Source: Candidatus Eiseniibacteriota bacterium (GTDB lineage Bacteria > Eisenbacteria > RBG-16-71-46 > JABDJR01). Taken from it: DNA of 64,000 nt. The stretch is taken from the NCBI GenBank assembly GCA_963783375.1, contig CAWANH010000028.1:32001-96000 (forward strand). The letters run 5' to 3'. Position numbers and translations under genes: made by a program. The notes beneath the pieces were generated by a model. It worked only from the letters and a program-made list of their open reading frames with translations. It did not search any database and had not been told where the DNA came from. Positions 10,823 to 22,500 of the stretch are shown here, piece after piece (within the stretch, counting starts at the first letter, position 1; each line of letters starts with the position of its first letter).

Positions 10823-12121
10823 ATGAGCGGATCCGGGGACGGCAAGCTCGGCTATTTGGAAGTGACGGCCATCGGGGTCGGCGGCATGGTCGGCGGTGGG
10901 ATCTTCGCCGTTCTCGGCCTCTCGGTGGAACTCACCCGCGGGGGAGCCCCGGTCGCCTTCCTCCTGGCCGGGATAGTGGCGCTCGTCACCTCCTATTCGT
11001 ACGCGCGGCTCTCGGTGACCTATCCCAGCCAGGGAGGGACCGTCGCCTTTCTGGATCGCGCGTTCGGCCCCGGCCTCCTGACCGGAACCTCGAACATCCT
11101 GCTCTGGATCAGCTACATCGTCATGCTCTCGCTCTACGCCTTCGCCTTCGGAAGCTACGGGGCGTCGCTTCTTCCGCACGGGTCGGAATCGCTCTGGAGA
11201 CACGTTCTGATCACCGCGAGCCTGGTCGGCATCACCGGGCTGAATCTCCTGAGCGCCAAGCTGATCGGCGAGGCGGAAGACTGGATCGTGTTGATCAAGC
11301 TGGCCATTCTCCTCTTCTTCGTGGCGGTCGGGATCTGGGGAGTCGACGGATCCCGGCTGGCGCCGTCGTCCTGGGCGTCCCCGCTGGGCCTCGTCTCGGG
11401 CGGGATGATCATCTTTCTCGCCTACGAGGGGTTCGAGCTGATTGCCAACACGGCCCAGGACGTTCGGGACGGAAAGAAGACGTTGCCTCGCGCTTTCTAC
11501 TCGAGCGTCGGATTCGTGATCGTGCTGTATGTCCTCGTGGCCGTGGTTGCAGTCGGATCGCTTCCGATTTCCAAGATCGTCGATGCCCAGGACTACGCCC
11601 TGGCCGAGGCGGCCCGGCCGTTCCTGGGGCAGTTCGGGTTTCTCCTGATCGCGGTCGCCGCCATGCTCTCGACGGCGTCCGCCATCAATGCCACGGTCTA
11701 TGGCGCGGCCCGGACGAGCTACGTGATCGCCAAGGACGGCGAGCTCCCCCACGAGCTCGAACGCCGGGTCTGGAGTGAACCGATCGAAGGGCTGGTGATC
11801 ACGGCGGCCGCCGCCCTGCTCATCGCCAACCTGATCGATCTATCGAGCCTGTCGACCATGGGAAGCGCCGGGTTCCTGGTGGTCTTCGCCGCGGTGAACG
11901 CCGCCAACGCGAAGCTGGCCGGCGACACCGGAAGCCGGAGATGGATTTCCCTGGCCGGGGTCGGGCTCTGCCTGGGCGCGCTGGGGTGTCTGATCTGGCA
12001 GACCGCCGTCACCTCGCCCAGCCACCTCTGGATCCTGCTGGTGATGGTGGGCGCCTCATTCCTGATCGAGTCAACCTTCCGCACGGTCACGCGTCGGAAG
12101 ATCCGCATCCCGAAGGACTAG
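10823..12121 (+). CDS. APC family amino acid permease
   Basis: AIGVGGMVGGGIF in TM1, FLAYEGFE in TM6; about 12 TM helices. Confidence 0.92.
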   Translation: MSGSGDGKLGYLEVTAIGVGGMVGGGIFAVLGLSVELTRGGAPVAFLLAGIVALVTSYSYARLSVTYPSQGGTVAFLDRAFGPGLLTGTSNILLWISYIVMLSLYAFAFGSYGASLLPHGSESLWRHVLITASLVGITGLNLLSAKLIGEAEDWIVLIKLAILLFFVAVGIWGVDGSRLAPSSWASPLGLVSGGMIIFLAYEGFELIANTAQDVRDGKKTLPRAFYSSVGFVIVLYVLVAVVAVGSLPISKIVDAQDYALAEAARPFLGQFGFLLIAVAAMLSTASAINATVYGAARTSYVIAKDGELPHELERRVWSEPIEGLVITAAAALLIANLIDLSSLSTMGSAGFLVVFAAVNAANAKLAGDTGSRRWISLAGVGLCLGALGCLIWQTAVTSPSHLWILLVMVGASFLIESTFRTVTRRKIRIPKD

Positions 12122-12190
12122 CCGACCCGATGGCCCGCGCGGGACCGAAGGGTCCCCGAGGGACACAGCGCGGCGACGGGCGCCCGGGGC

Positions 12191-12387
12191 GACCCCCGGC
12201 GCGGACTCCGGGGCGGCCCCGGAACGACCCCGGCGCGGACTCCGGGCGGCCCCGGAACGACCCCCGGCGCGGACTCCGGGGCGGCCCCCGGAACGACCCC
12301 CGGCGCGGACTCCGGGGCGGCCCCCGGAACGACCCCCGGCGCGGACTCCGGGGCGGCCCCCGGAACGACCCCCGGCGCGGACTCCGG
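12191..12387. repeat. intergenic tandem repeat, 36-bp unit, 5 copies plus a partial sixth
   Basis: Unit GACCCCCGGCGCGGACTCCGGGGCGGCCCCCGGAAC starts at 12191, 12226, 12259, 12295, 12331 and 12367. The first units differ only in homopolymer length. Confidence 0.95.
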
Positions 12388-12582
12388 CCGGCTGCCCTTC
12401 GGCTCGTCGGGTCCGCTCCCTCGGACCGTCCACCGGACGCTCCTTCGGTCGCTCCTTCACCGCGAAGGGGCCCCCGCTTCGCGGCCCTTCGCGGTTCAGA
12501 ACGCCTCCTCGCCCGAAGAGCAGCCGTCCGTCGCCGCGCCGCAGGCACATGACCGGGGCGCACACTGTCGAGCCGGACCGCG

Positions 12583-13965
12583 CTACTTCCGACCCACCAG
12601 GATCACCCGGAGATCCATCACGTTGGTGCCGGTGGGGCCGGTCCGGAGCAGGCCCCCCGCGGCCTCGAAGAACGGGTAGGCGTCGTGGTTGTCAAGGGCG
12701 CGGCGCGGGTCCAGCCCGAGGCGCGCCGCCGCCCGCGCGACCGAGGCGTCCGCCATCGCGCCGGCGGCGTCGGTGGGGCCGTCCTCGCCGTCGGTGCCGC
12801 CGCAGAGCACCACGACGTCGCGGAGGCCGGCAGCGCCCAGATGGACCAGCGCCCCCAGAACCAGCTCCTGGTTCCGCCCGCCCCGCCCCGGGTGCTCTCC
12901 CAGGGTGACCGTGGTCTCACCGCCGCTCAGAATGCAGAGCGGCGGGGCGAACGGGAGGTCCTCGTCCCGGGCCGCGGCGGCCAGGCCGGCCAGGACCACG
13001 CCCGCCTCCCGGGATTCGCCCTCGATCCGCGAGCCGAGGTTCACCACCCGGTAGCCGAGGGTCCGGGCCCGCCGCGCCGACGCCCGCAACGCCGTCCGGT
13101 TGTTCCCGATGACCACGTTGGTCACCCGGGAACCGAGCCGCTTCACCGTCTCGGGGATCTCCCCGCGCGCGCCGCGGCGAAGGTGCTCCACCGGCCGGGC
13201 CGGCGCGCGCTCCAGCAACCCGTATTTCTCCAGGACGGCGAGCGCGTCGCCGTAGGTGCCGGGATCCGCCGCCGTCGGCCCCGAGGCGATCGCGTCCAGC
13301 GGATCGCCCACCACGTCCGAGACGATCAGGCTCACCACCCGGGCCTTCCCCGCCGCCCGGGCCAGCCCGCCGCCCTTCACGCGGGACAGGTGCTTTCGCA
13401 CCGCGTTCATCTCGACGATGGTGGCGCCGGACGCGTGGAGGAGCCCGGTCAGCGCCCGCTTGTCCTCGAGGGTCACCTCACCGGCCGGCGCGGGCAGGAG
13501 CGCCGACCCACCCCCCGAAATCAGGCACAGCACCAGATCGCGCGGACCCAGGGATTCCAACAGCTCCAGGATGCGCCCGGCTCCAACCACTCCGGCCTCG
13601 GTGGGCTGGTTCACCCCCGCCGGCCGCGCGGGATGGAGAACGATCCGCTCCAGGGGGCGGACCGAAGGCGCCGGCACGTTCACCCACCCCACCACGTCCT
13701 TGGTTTCAAGGAGCCGGGGCCCCAGGACCCGCTCCGCGGCCTCGGCCATGGAAGCGCCGGCCTTCCCGGCTCCGACGACCGCGATCCGCCGAACCGGACC
13801 CAGCCGGATCGCCGAATCCCCGACCTGGAGGACGTCCCCCCGCACCCGCATCGCCGTCCGCACCAGCCGTTCCGGCTCGACCGCATCCACCCCGGACCGC
13901 CAGACCGCCTCGGCATCCGCGCGTAGAGCCCGGCCTTTCGCCGCGACCCGGCCGCGCCCCTTCAC
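12583..13965 (-). CDS. glycerate 2-kinase (MOFRL/TtuD-type, DUF4147)
   Basis: VVGAGKA, LISGGGSALL, NAVRKHLSRVKGGGLA, GGETTV, GRGGRNQE, GTDGEDG, TGPTGTNVMD. Confidence 0.95.
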   Translation of the reverse strand: MKGRGRVAAKGRALRADAEAVWRSGVDAVEPERLVRTAMRVRGDVLQVGDSAIRLGPVRRIAVVGAGKAGASMAEAAERVLGPRLLETKDVVGWVNVPAPSVRPLERIVLHPARPAGVNQPTEAGVVGAGRILELLESLGPRDLVLCLISGGGSALLPAPAGEVTLEDKRALTGLLHASGATIVEMNAVRKHLSRVKGGGLARAAGKARVVSLIVSDVVGDPLDAIASGPTAADPGTYGDALAVLEKYGLLERAPARPVEHLRRGARGEIPETVKRLGSRVTNVVIGNNRTALRASARRARTLGYRVVNLGSRIEGESREAGVVLAGLAAAARDEDLPFAPPLCILSGGETTVTLGEHPGRGGRNQELVLGALVHLGAAGLRDVVVLCGGTDGEDGPTDAAGAMADASVARAAARLGLDPRRALDNHDAYPFFEAAGGLLRTGPTGTNVMDLRVILVGRK

Positions 13966-14052
13966 CGCGGTTCCCCACCGCTCAAGTTGACCGGCCTCGG
14001 ACGCATCCCTAGAATCGCTCGAAGCGCTCCGCTCACCAAATCGAGGACCTCC

Positions 14053-15045
14053 ATGCCCAAACCCAAAGTGTTCGTGACCCGGGTGATCCCCGCCGCCGGT
14101 CTCGACAAGGTCAAGTCCTTATGCGATGCGGAGATCTGGCCGGACCCGCTTCCTCCCCCGCGCGAGATTCTGATGCAAAAGGCGAGCGAGTGCGAGGGGC
14201 TTCTCTCGCTCCTCACCGACCGGGTGGACGGTCCGCTCCTGGATCAGGCCCCCGGCCTCAAGGTCGTGAGCAATTACGCGGTGGGCTACAACAACATCGA
14301 CGTGGACGCGGCCTCCAAGCGGGGGGTCGCGATCGGGAACACCCCCGACGTGCTCACCGACGCCACCGCCGACATGGCCTTCTGCCTGATGATCGCCGCC
14401 TCCCGGCGGCTGCTGGAGTCGAACGCCTACCTCCGGGATGGAAAGTGGAAGACCTGGGAACCCCTGGGGCACATCGGCCAGGATCTGGTGGGGCGGACCC
14501 TGGGGGTGCTCGGCATGGGCCGGATCGGCTACGGGCTGGCCCGGCGCTGCCACCGCGGCTGGGACATGCGCGTCCTCTACACCGACGTCTACCAGAACGG
14601 AACCGCGGAGCGGGAGCTGGGAGCGCGGCGGGTGGACTTCGACACCCTGCTCGGGGAAAGCGACTTCGTGAGCGTCCACACCGTGTTGAGCCCCGAGACC
14701 CGGGGGCTCTTCGACGCCGCCGCGTTCCGGAAGATGAAGCCCACCGCGATCTTCATCAACACCGCCCGCGGCCCCATCCACGTGAAGGACGACCTGGGGG
14801 AGGCGCTTCGAAGCGGTGAGATCTTCGCCGCCGGCCTCGACGTGACCAACCCCGAGCCGCTTCCGGTGGACGACCCGGTGCTGGCCCTTCCCAACCTGAT
14901 CATCACCCCTCACATCGCCAGCGCCACCGTCACCAGCCGGAACGCCATGGCCGAGATCGCGGCCGACAACCTCATCGCGGGGGTCCGGGGGGAGCCGCTC
15001 CGGGCCTGGGTCAATCCGGAGGTGAGCGGGAAGCGCCGGACTTAG
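14053..15045 (+). CDS. D-glycerate dehydrogenase / glyoxylate-hydroxypyruvate reductase (D-2-hydroxyacid dehydrogenase)
   Basis: AVGYNNID, NTPDVLTDATAD, GMGRIG, FINTARG, AGLDVTNPEP, TPHIAS; RBS GAGG; divergent from glycerate kinase. Confidence 0.95.
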   Translation: MPKPKVFVTRVIPAAGLDKVKSLCDAEIWPDPLPPPREILMQKASECEGLLSLLTDRVDGPLLDQAPGLKVVSNYAVGYNNIDVDAASKRGVAIGNTPDVLTDATADMAFCLMIAASRRLLESNAYLRDGKWKTWEPLGHIGQDLVGRTLGVLGMGRIGYGLARRCHRGWDMRVLYTDVYQNGTAERELGARRVDFDTLLGESDFVSVHTVLSPETRGLFDAAAFRKMKPTAIFINTARGPIHVKDDLGEALRSGEIFAAGLDVTNPEPLPVDDPVLALPNLIITPHIASATVTSRNAMAEIAADNLIAGVRGEPLRAWVNPEVSGKRRT

Positions 15046-15096
15046 TCTTCCCCGTCTGGCGTATGATCAACATATGCCCGAGGGGATCCTGAATCG

Positions 15097-17700
15097 ATGA
15101 TCGACCGCCTGGAGATCCTGTGGAGCGCCCTCCGGAGGGCGGTGAGCCGGAACCGCTGGAGCGCCCGGCTCCTGGGCCACCGGCCGCCTCCCCCCCACTC
15201 CGACGCCCCGGGGCTGGTGCTCATCCAGCTGGACGGCCTGGGCGAGCGGGCGCTCCGTCGCGCCCTGGACGAGGGGCAGATGCCCTTCCTGGAGCACCTC
15301 CTGGAGCGGGAGGGGCACGAGCTTCGCTCGGTCTACACCGGGCTTCCCAGCAATACCCCGGGCTTCCAGGCCGAGTTCTTCTACGGCGCCGCCTCCACCA
15401 TTCCCGCCTTCAGCTTCCGCGACCCCGCGCTTCGCCGGGTGGTGCGGATGAACGACCGGGCCTGGGTCTCGGGGATGGAGCACGACCTGGGGAAGAAGCG
15501 CGCCGGGCTCCTGGAGCACGGGTCCGCGTGGTCGGGGATCTACAACGGCGGCGCGGCCGAAACCCACCTCTGCGTGTCCCCCGCGGTGGCCGGACCTCCG
15601 GCCAGCCTGTTCGGGCGGATCCGGATCGCCGGCATCGTGTTCTGGAACGCATGGAGCCTGCTCCGGGTGGCCGGGAATCTCGGCTTCACCACCGCCCTGG
15701 CGCTTCGGGACTGGCTCCGGGGCCGCATCGACCGAGGCGAACTCGCCTACGAACTCCGCTGGGTGCCCTACCGGGTGCTGATCGGGGCGGCCATCCGCGA
15801 GGCGGTGACCGCGGGCGCCTCGATCGACGCGGAGCGGGGGCTCCCGGTCATCCACCTGAACTTCACCGGGTTCGACGAGCTGGCCCATCGCCGCGGTCCC
15901 ACCGCCCGTTCGGCGAGGATGGCGCTGCGGGGGATCGACCGGTCGGTGCGCCGGGTGACCCTGGCCGCCCACCGGTCCAAGGGGCGCGACTACCAGGTCT
16001 GGATCTACTCCGATCACGGACACGAGACCGTGGCGCCCTTCGAGCAGCGGCAGGGTAAGACCCTGACCGAGACCGTGGAGCGGGTCTACAAGATGGTTCG
16101 GGACATCGTGGGGGCGCGGGGGGCTCCGCCGCCGTCCCTGGCCTTCCCCCCGCTCCCGGGGGAGATGCGATCCCAGTCCCTGGCCGCGGGTATGCCGGGG
16201 TGGCTCCGCGGCGGATCCGCGCCCAAGATGGTCGGGAGCCTCCGGTTCGGAGAGGAGCCCGGGGAGCCGGGACGCGGGGGAAGCGGGACGGGCGAACCGG
16301 AGGGCGCCGGGCCGGGCGGGGAAGCCTCGGAGAACGACGCGGGACGAGGGGCGATCGAGGTGGTGTACCAGGGCCCCCTCGGCTTCGTGTACCTCCCCAT
16401 CCGCCACGACAGGGCGTTTCTGGCCTGGCTGGCCGAGGTGCTGGCCGCCGAAGGGGGAATCCCCTGGGTGCTCCTCCCCGAGGGCGAGGCGTCGGTTCTC
16501 GCCTTCTCCGCCGACGGCCGTTTCTACCGGCTCCCCGACCAGGCGACGGCCATCCTGGGGGCGGACCACCCCCACCTGGCCGAGGCGACCGCGGACCTGG
16601 TGCGCCAGGTGCGCCACCGGGCATCGGGGGACCTGGTGCTCCTGGGCTGGGACCAGGGGGCGCCCCTCTCCTTCGAGGTTGAACGGGGCACCCACGGCGG
16701 ACCCGGACCCGCCGAGACCTCGGCCTTCGTCCTCTTCCCCCCCGAGGTCCGCGCCTTCGCGCCGATTCCCGAGAGCCTCCGCCCGCGCGATCTCCGGCGG
16801 ATGGCCCTCCACGTCCTCGACCGGCGCCAGGAGGAGGAGAAGCGGGCCCGGGGGCGGACGGCGCTACGCTCCACCCGGGAAACCCAGGAAGAACGGGACG
16901 CCGGGGCCATGCGGCTCCGCCTCATGACCTACAACGTCCACGGCTGCCGCGGAATGGACGGGAAGTTCGCCCCCCAGCGAATCGCCCGGATCATCGCCCG
17001 GGAACGACCGGACGTGGTATGCCTCCAGGAGCTGGACCAGGAACGAACGCGCTCGGGCGGGGTGGACCAGGTGAGGGTGATCGCGGAGCGGCTCCAGGCC
17101 GACTACCGCTTTCACGCGGTGGCCGAGGTGGACGACGGGGCGTTCGGGAACGCCGTCCTCTCCTCCCACGAACTCCGGGTGGTGAAGGCGGGATCCCTTC
17201 CATCCGCCGCCCGGGTGAAGGACGTGTTGAATCTCGAGGATCGGGGGGTACTCTGGGTGACCCTGCGGCTGGACGACCGCGAAATCCAGATCCTCAACAC
17301 TCATCTGAGCATCCTGGATCGGGAGCGGCGGATCCAGGTCGAGACGCTCATGGGGGTGGATTGGCTGGGCCACCCCGAGTGCCGGGACCCGGTGATCCTC
17401 TGCGGGGACTTCAACGCGTCGCCGGACTCCCATACCGTGCGGCGGCTGGAGGCCCGGCTCCACAACGTCCTGGGGGCGGACCGCAAGGAACGGAATCTTC
17501 GCACCTGGAGCGGCCGCATGCCGTTACGCCGGATCGACCACGTCCTGGTCAGCCGGGGGATCGGGACCGCCGGAGCCCACGTTCCCCGGAACCGGCTCTC
17601 CCGGGTGGCCTCGGATCACCTCCCCCTGGTCGTGGACCTGGTCTGTCCGATGCGGAGCCCGAACCCCTCGCCCGCCGGGACGGCCGCCGAAAGTCGTTGA
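15097..17700 (+). CDS. alkaline-phosphatase-superfamily (nucleotide pyrophosphatase-like) domain fused to an endonuclease/exonuclease/phosphatase (EEP) domain
   Basis: N-terminal [32 protein letters not shown]; C-terminal MTYNVH, CLQE, CGDFN, RIDH, SDHLP. Confidence 0.85.
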   Translation: MIDRLEILWSALRRAVSRNRWSARLLGHRPPPPHSDAPGLVLIQLDGLGERALRRALDEGQMPFLEHLLEREGHELRSVYTGLPSNTPGFQAEFFYGAASTIPAFSFRDPALRRVVRMNDRAWVSGMEHDLGKKRAGLLEHGSAWSGIYNGGAAETHLCVSPAVAGPPASLFGRIRIAGIVFWNAWSLLRVAGNLGFTTALALRDWLRGRIDRGELAYELRWVPYRVLIGAAIREAVTAGASIDAERGLPVIHLNFTGFDELAHRRGPTARSARMALRGIDRSVRRVTLAAHRSKGRDYQVWIYSDHGHETVAPFEQRQGKTLTETVERVYKMVRDIVGARGAPPPSLAFPPLPGEMRSQSLAAGMPGWLRGGSAPKMVGSLRFGEEPGEPGRGGSGTGEPEGAGPGGEASENDAGRGAIEVVYQGPLGFVYLPIRHDRAFLAWLAEVLAAEGGIPWVLLPEGEASVLAFSADGRFYRLPDQATAILGADHPHLAEATADLVRQVRHRASGDLVLLGWDQGAPLSFEVERGTHGGPGPAETSAFVLFPPEVRAFAPIPESLRPRDLRRMALHVLDRRQEEEKRARGRTALRSTRETQEERDAGAMRLRLMTYNVHGCRGMDGKFAPQRIARIIARERPDVVCLQELDQERTRSGGVDQVRVIAERLQADYRFHAVAEVDDGAFGNAVLSSHELRVVKAGSLPSAARVKDVLNLEDRGVLWVTLRLDDREIQILNTHLSILDRERRIQVETLMGVDWLGHPECRDPVILCGDFNASPDSHTVRRLEARLHNVLGADRKERNLRTWSGRMPLRRIDHVLVSRGIGTAGAHVPRNRLSRVASDHLPLVVDLVCPMRSPNPSPAGTAAESR

Positions 17701-17785
17701 CACCACTTCCGGGGCTACCTATAAGGAGGCTCTATCCGCGGGCCCCTTCCCCCGGCTCCGACCCGACCCTCACAAGGAGACATTC

Positions 17786-18241
17786 ATGCTCAAGGAGTTC
17801 AAGGAATTCGCCGTTCGCGGGAACGTGGTCGACATGGCGGTCGGCATCATCATCGGCTCCGCCTTCGGCACCATCGTCAAGTCCCTGGTGGCCGACGTGA
17901 TCATGCCCCCCATCGGACTCCTCCTGGGAAACGTGGACTTCACGAACCTGTTCCTGGTGCTCAAGTCGGGAGCCACGCCCGGCCCCTACGCCACCGTCGC
18001 CGACGCCGCCACCGCGGGAGCGGTGACCCTGAACTACGGGGTCTTCATCAACACGCTGATCAGCTTCGTGATCGTGGCCTTCGCGGTGTTCATCCTGATC
18101 AGGAACCTGAACAAGCTGAAGCGGAAGGACGAGAGCGCGCCGCCCCCGCCCAACACCAAGCAGTGTCCCTTCTGCGTCTCCACCATCGACAAGGCGGCCA
18201 CCCGCTGCCCGAGCTGCACGTCGGACTTGAAAGCGGCGTGA
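17786..18241 (+). CDS. mscL: large-conductance mechanosensitive channel with a C-terminal CxxC...CxxC extension
   Basis: [40 protein letters not shown]; RBS AAGGAG. Confidence 0.97.
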   Translation: MLKEFKEFAVRGNVVDMAVGIIIGSAFGTIVKSLVADVIMPPIGLLLGNVDFTNLFLVLKSGATPGPYATVADAATAGAVTLNYGVFINTLISFVIVAFAVFILIRNLNKLKRKDESAPPPPNTKQCPFCVSTIDKAATRCPSCTSDLKAA

Positions 18242-19539
18242 CCCGACCGGGGAGGTTCGGCCGCACCCTCGCCGACGATCGGATCCTCTTTCTGATCGCG
18301 CTGGCGGTGCGGCTGGGCCTTACCGCGGTCTATCTCCACGGACGGGTGGTGGAGTCCGGGGTGGAGCTGGGGAAGGTGTCGGACCACCTCCTGGCCGGCC
18401 GGGGTTTCCTCTTCTATTTCTACGGCTCCGACGTCCCCCGGTATGCGTTCTTTCCCCCGCTCTACCCTGCGTTCCTGGCCCTCTTGAAGCTGGTGTTCGG
18501 GTCCGCGGGCTGGGTGTGGGCCATGCAGATCGTCCAGGGAGCGGTCTCCGCGGCCACCGTGGTCCTCCTTCGACGCCTGGCCGGGATCCTCCTGGCGACC
18601 AAGGGGGCGTCTTCCCCCCTCCCCCGGCCCCGCGTCCTGGCCTACGCCGCGGCCTACCTGACCGCGTTCTGGCCTCCGCTCATCATCTACTCCGCCTCCG
18701 CCTACTCGTTGACCTTCGACGCCTTCGGGGTGCTGGTGGCGCTTCACTTCCTGGCCCGGGCCGGCCGCGCCCGCCGGCTCATCCACGCGGTGAAGGCGGG
18801 CGTCGCCTACGGCGTCCTCGCCCTCTCCCTCCCCGCGTTCCTGGGAAGCATCCCCTTCGTTCCCCTGGGCCTCCGAGCCCTGGGGATGACCTGGCGCCGG
18901 GCGGTGGGCGCGGCGATCCTGGCCGGCGTCACCGCCCTGGTCGTCCTCACCCCCTGGATGGTCCGGAACGCGGTCGTCGTCCACCGGTTCATCCCGGTGT
19001 CCACCAACATCGGGTTCAACTACCTGGGCGGCCAGAACCGGTACTCCGACCCCTTCGTGAACCGCCTCTGTCCCGAGGACGCCATCCGCTGGCAGGTCAT
19101 CGATCGCCGGGAACTCGAAACCATGAACGAGGCCGACTTCGACCGGATGCTCCTCCGGCAGGGACTCCGGTTCGCGGCGCGGCACCCGCTCCTCACCGCG
19201 CGCCGGTGCGCGACCCGTCTCGTCTACTATTGGTGGGGAAGTCCGGGGCTGCTGGGGTACAACCGTGTCCAGGGGCTGGCGTACCTCGCTATCATGTCGG
19301 CGGTGATCCCGCTCTTCCTGATCGGGCTGGCTTACGGCCTCCGTCACCGCCGGGTTCTGGGGCTCCTGCTCGCCGTCTTCCTGTGGCAGTCCCTCTTCTA
19401 CATGAACTTCGCGGTCCGCGGACGGTACAGCCTCACCTTCCATCCGCTGATGCTGCTCACCGCGGTGGTGGGGGCGGCGGTGCTCCTCCGGGCCCTCGTT
19501 CCCCGCCTCCGGCCCCGGAGCGCGCCTCTCACGACGTGA
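18238..19539 (+). CDS. GT-C (ArnT/PMT_2-like) membrane glycosyltransferase
   Basis: [34 protein letters not shown], multiple TMs; GTGA overlap with the mscL stop. Confidence 0.75.
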   Translation: MTRPGRFGRTLADDRILFLIALAVRLGLTAVYLHGRVVESGVELGKVSDHLLAGRGFLFYFYGSDVPRYAFFPPLYPAFLALLKLVFGSAGWVWAMQIVQGAVSAATVVLLRRLAGILLATKGASSPLPRPRVLAYAAAYLTAFWPPLIIYSASAYSLTFDAFGVLVALHFLARAGRARRLIHAVKAGVAYGVLALSLPAFLGSIPFVPLGLRALGMTWRRAVGAAILAGVTALVVLTPWMVRNAVVVHRFIPVSTNIGFNYLGGQNRYSDPFVNRLCPEDAIRWQVIDRRELETMNEADFDRMLLRQGLRFAARHPLLTARRCATRLVYYWWGSPGLLGYNRVQGLAYLAIMSAVIPLFLIGLAYGLRHRRVLGLLLAVFLWQSLFYMNFAVRGRYSLTFHPLMLLTAVVGAAVLLRALVPRLRPRSAPLTT

Positions 19540-19561
19540 CACGCTCCGGGCCCCGCGGTTC

Positions 19562-22500
19562 TCAGCGCATGAGCACCGCCTTGGCGGTCCGCACCGCCCC
19601 CGCCGCCTGGACGCGGACGAAGTAGATGCCGTTCCCCAGCACCGCCCCGCGATCGTCGCGTCCGTCCCAGGTGATCATATGGGAGCCGGCGCTGAGCGAC
19701 TCACCCCGGATGAACGCGCGCACCCGGCGGCCCGCCATGTCGTAGATCGCGACCTCGACCGGACCCTCGGCAGGGAGGCTGAAGCGAATCTCCCCGCTCG
19801 CCCCGATCGGGTTGGGCGCCATGGGGAGGAGCCGGAGCGCCGTGCCGCCGGCCGGCCCATCCGTAACCGCGGTGACCTGTAGCAGGCTCACCGCCACCGT
19901 ATCGGCGCCGGCGTTGGTGTCGATCGCCACCGAGCAGCTGTCCGGGCCGAGCATGTTCCCGGTCACGCAGACCTGGAAGGAGGTGCTGTCCCCGGGGAAG
20001 ACCTCGTTGGAGAGGCCGGTGAGATCCAGGGAGAACTGGCCGGCGTCGCACCCGGAGATCGAGTTGATCACCAGGAAGCCGTCGCCGGCATTTCGCACCG
20101 TGACCGCACCGCATTCGGTGCTCCCCGCCGCCACCGTGTTGAAGGTGATAGATGCCGGATCCACCGCGAGCTGGGGCAGAGCGGAGCAGGCGCCGCAACC
20201 CAGGGTGATGGCGTGGATCTCGATGTCGTCGATGTAGGTGCCGGTCGCCCCCACGCTTCCGTCCGAACCCATCTCGTAGGCCACGGCGATGGTCTTCCCG
20301 GCTAGGCCCGGGTACTGGACGCGGATGTGCTCGAAGTTCGGGAGGGTGTTGCCGGACCAGGCCGAGAGATTCTGGAGCGGATTGGCCAGGGTACCGCTGG
20401 ACCGCACGATCTGCGTCCGGTACTGGCCCTCGAAGAGGGTGCTGAAGGCCCCGGCCAGCACGTCGGATCCTCCCACCCGGATCTTCATGAGGGCCCCGTC
20501 GTAGCCCTCACGTCCGTTCCCCACCTCCTCGTTGTCGTAGGTCACGTTGAAGGAGACCTCGACCAGGTCGGCTCCGCCGGGAACCACGTAGGAAGGGGTC
20601 TGCATCCGGCTCCAGTTGGTGTCGGGGCGATCCACGCAGAACGCGGATCGGATGCCCGAGGCGGCCTGGGCGGTGGAGACCGCCCAGGGGTTGGCCACCC
20701 CCTTCCTCTGGGTCCAGGTCCAGGCGGCGGGGAGCCCGGAAGTCGTCCCCTCGAAATCCTCGGAGAGAAGCACGGAGTCCGCGACCACCGTCCCGGTGGG
20801 GACGGAGAAGTCGAAGGCGAAGTCCCCCTGGTCCGTGGTTCCGGCCAGATGGAAGTCGATGGCGGCGCCGCAGGGATAGCCCGGGTCCAGCCGGATCCGG
20901 AACGGGGCGGTGTTGGCTCCCGAGGCCAGGGGCGCCGTCGACGGCCAGCTCTCGGTCCCGTCCAGCACCGCGACCAGGGGGTTCCCCGTGCTCAGGACGG
21001 CGGAGACACCGGTGAGCGTCCCCGCGCACCGGTTCTGAAGGGTCAGGGTCAGCTCACCCAGCTCGTTCGCGGTCAGGAACCCGTCGGGGTTGCACCCGAT
21101 GTCGTTCACCGCCGTTCCGGTGAGGAGGACCGAGGCCTGAGTCGGTTCGGCATCGTTCACCGCCACGTAGGCATCGGGCCAGTCGGTGGTGTAGCTCGCC
21201 CCGTCGGTGCGGGCGTAAGAGGCGTAGAGCCGCCGCGTCCCCGAAACCACCTGGGAGACGCACTGGCTGTAGTCGCCGATGTTGGGGGCCCCGGTGTCCT
21301 GGCCGTACTCGGCGTGGAACGGCGCCGCGGTCAAGGGGGCGGGACAAGCCCAGGTGGCGCCGCCGTCCTCACTATGGGAGTGCATGATCTCGGTGAGATC
21401 GCTCCCCGCGGAACCGGCCCGCTGGTCGTACCAGGTGGCGTCCACTCCGCCGTCGGTGGCGGTCGAGATCCAGGGGAAGAACTGGCAGCGGTCGTTTCCG
21501 GGATCGGTGTTGAGGGCCAAGGGGGAGGTCCAGGTCTGGCCGCTATCCGCCGAGGCCACGGTGTAGACGTCACCGAAGTCCGCGGTCTCCATGCTCGCGT
21601 AGATGACGTGCAGGGAACCGTCGGCCGGGCTCACCGAGAGAGCGGGAAATCCGTTGATGCGATCGCTCCCGAAGGGAGGCAGCGGGGTGTTCACCCCGGT
21701 CACCACGTCCACCGGTGCGCTCCAGGTGGCGCCGTTGTCCGAGGATCGCACGAAGGAGATCGCGTTGGGGGAGCCGAAGCTCCGCCAGACGATGTAGGCC
21801 TTGTCGCTCAGGGGGTCGAAGCGGGGGCAGCTCCCCTGGCCGTCCTGGGGCCGGGTTCCGTAGGCGGTGACCGGGGCCCAGTTGAGTCCGAAGTCGTCGG
21901 TATAGGTCGCGGACATCTTCGAGGTGGAGCCGAAGCTGGTCCAGCTGAGGAGCACCCGCCCGGTCTCCGGGTCCACGTCGATGAACTCCTTGTCGGCGAA
22001 CAGGGACGAGCTGTTGACCGGGGCGGCCGCGCGCGGCCCGGTCCAGGTCACCCCGCCGTCGGTGGAGATGTGGATGCAGAGGCTGTTGAGGCCGCTCGGA
22101 GTGAGATAGATGGAGCTGAAGACGAAGACCTTGCTTCCGTCGTTGGGGTTCACCCACACCTTCACGTCGGGATCGCCGTACACCGCGTCCCCCCCGCCGG
22201 CCACCGGGAGCTGTCCGCCGTAGGTGAAGGTCTGGCCGCCGTCGTGGGACCAGGCGAAACCGGTGACGCTGATGCCGCCGGGGTTCGAGAAACCGAGGGC
22301 GTCGTTGAAGCCCACCACCACGGTGTCGCCGCTGGCCGCGATCGAGGTCTCGCTCTGAAAGCGCGCCACCCCGGGCGTCACGTCCACGTCGGCCCCCCCT
22401 ACGTTCACCGGGGAGAGACCGATCTCCGGGCCGACGAGGACCTGGAGCGGCGTCGGCCGGGTGAGGCTCCGGATCCAGTCCGGCCGGGGGGTCCTCCCCA

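Noticed and set aside
12191-12387. CRISPR array
   Set aside because: The units are contiguous with no unique spacers, and there are no cas genes in the window.
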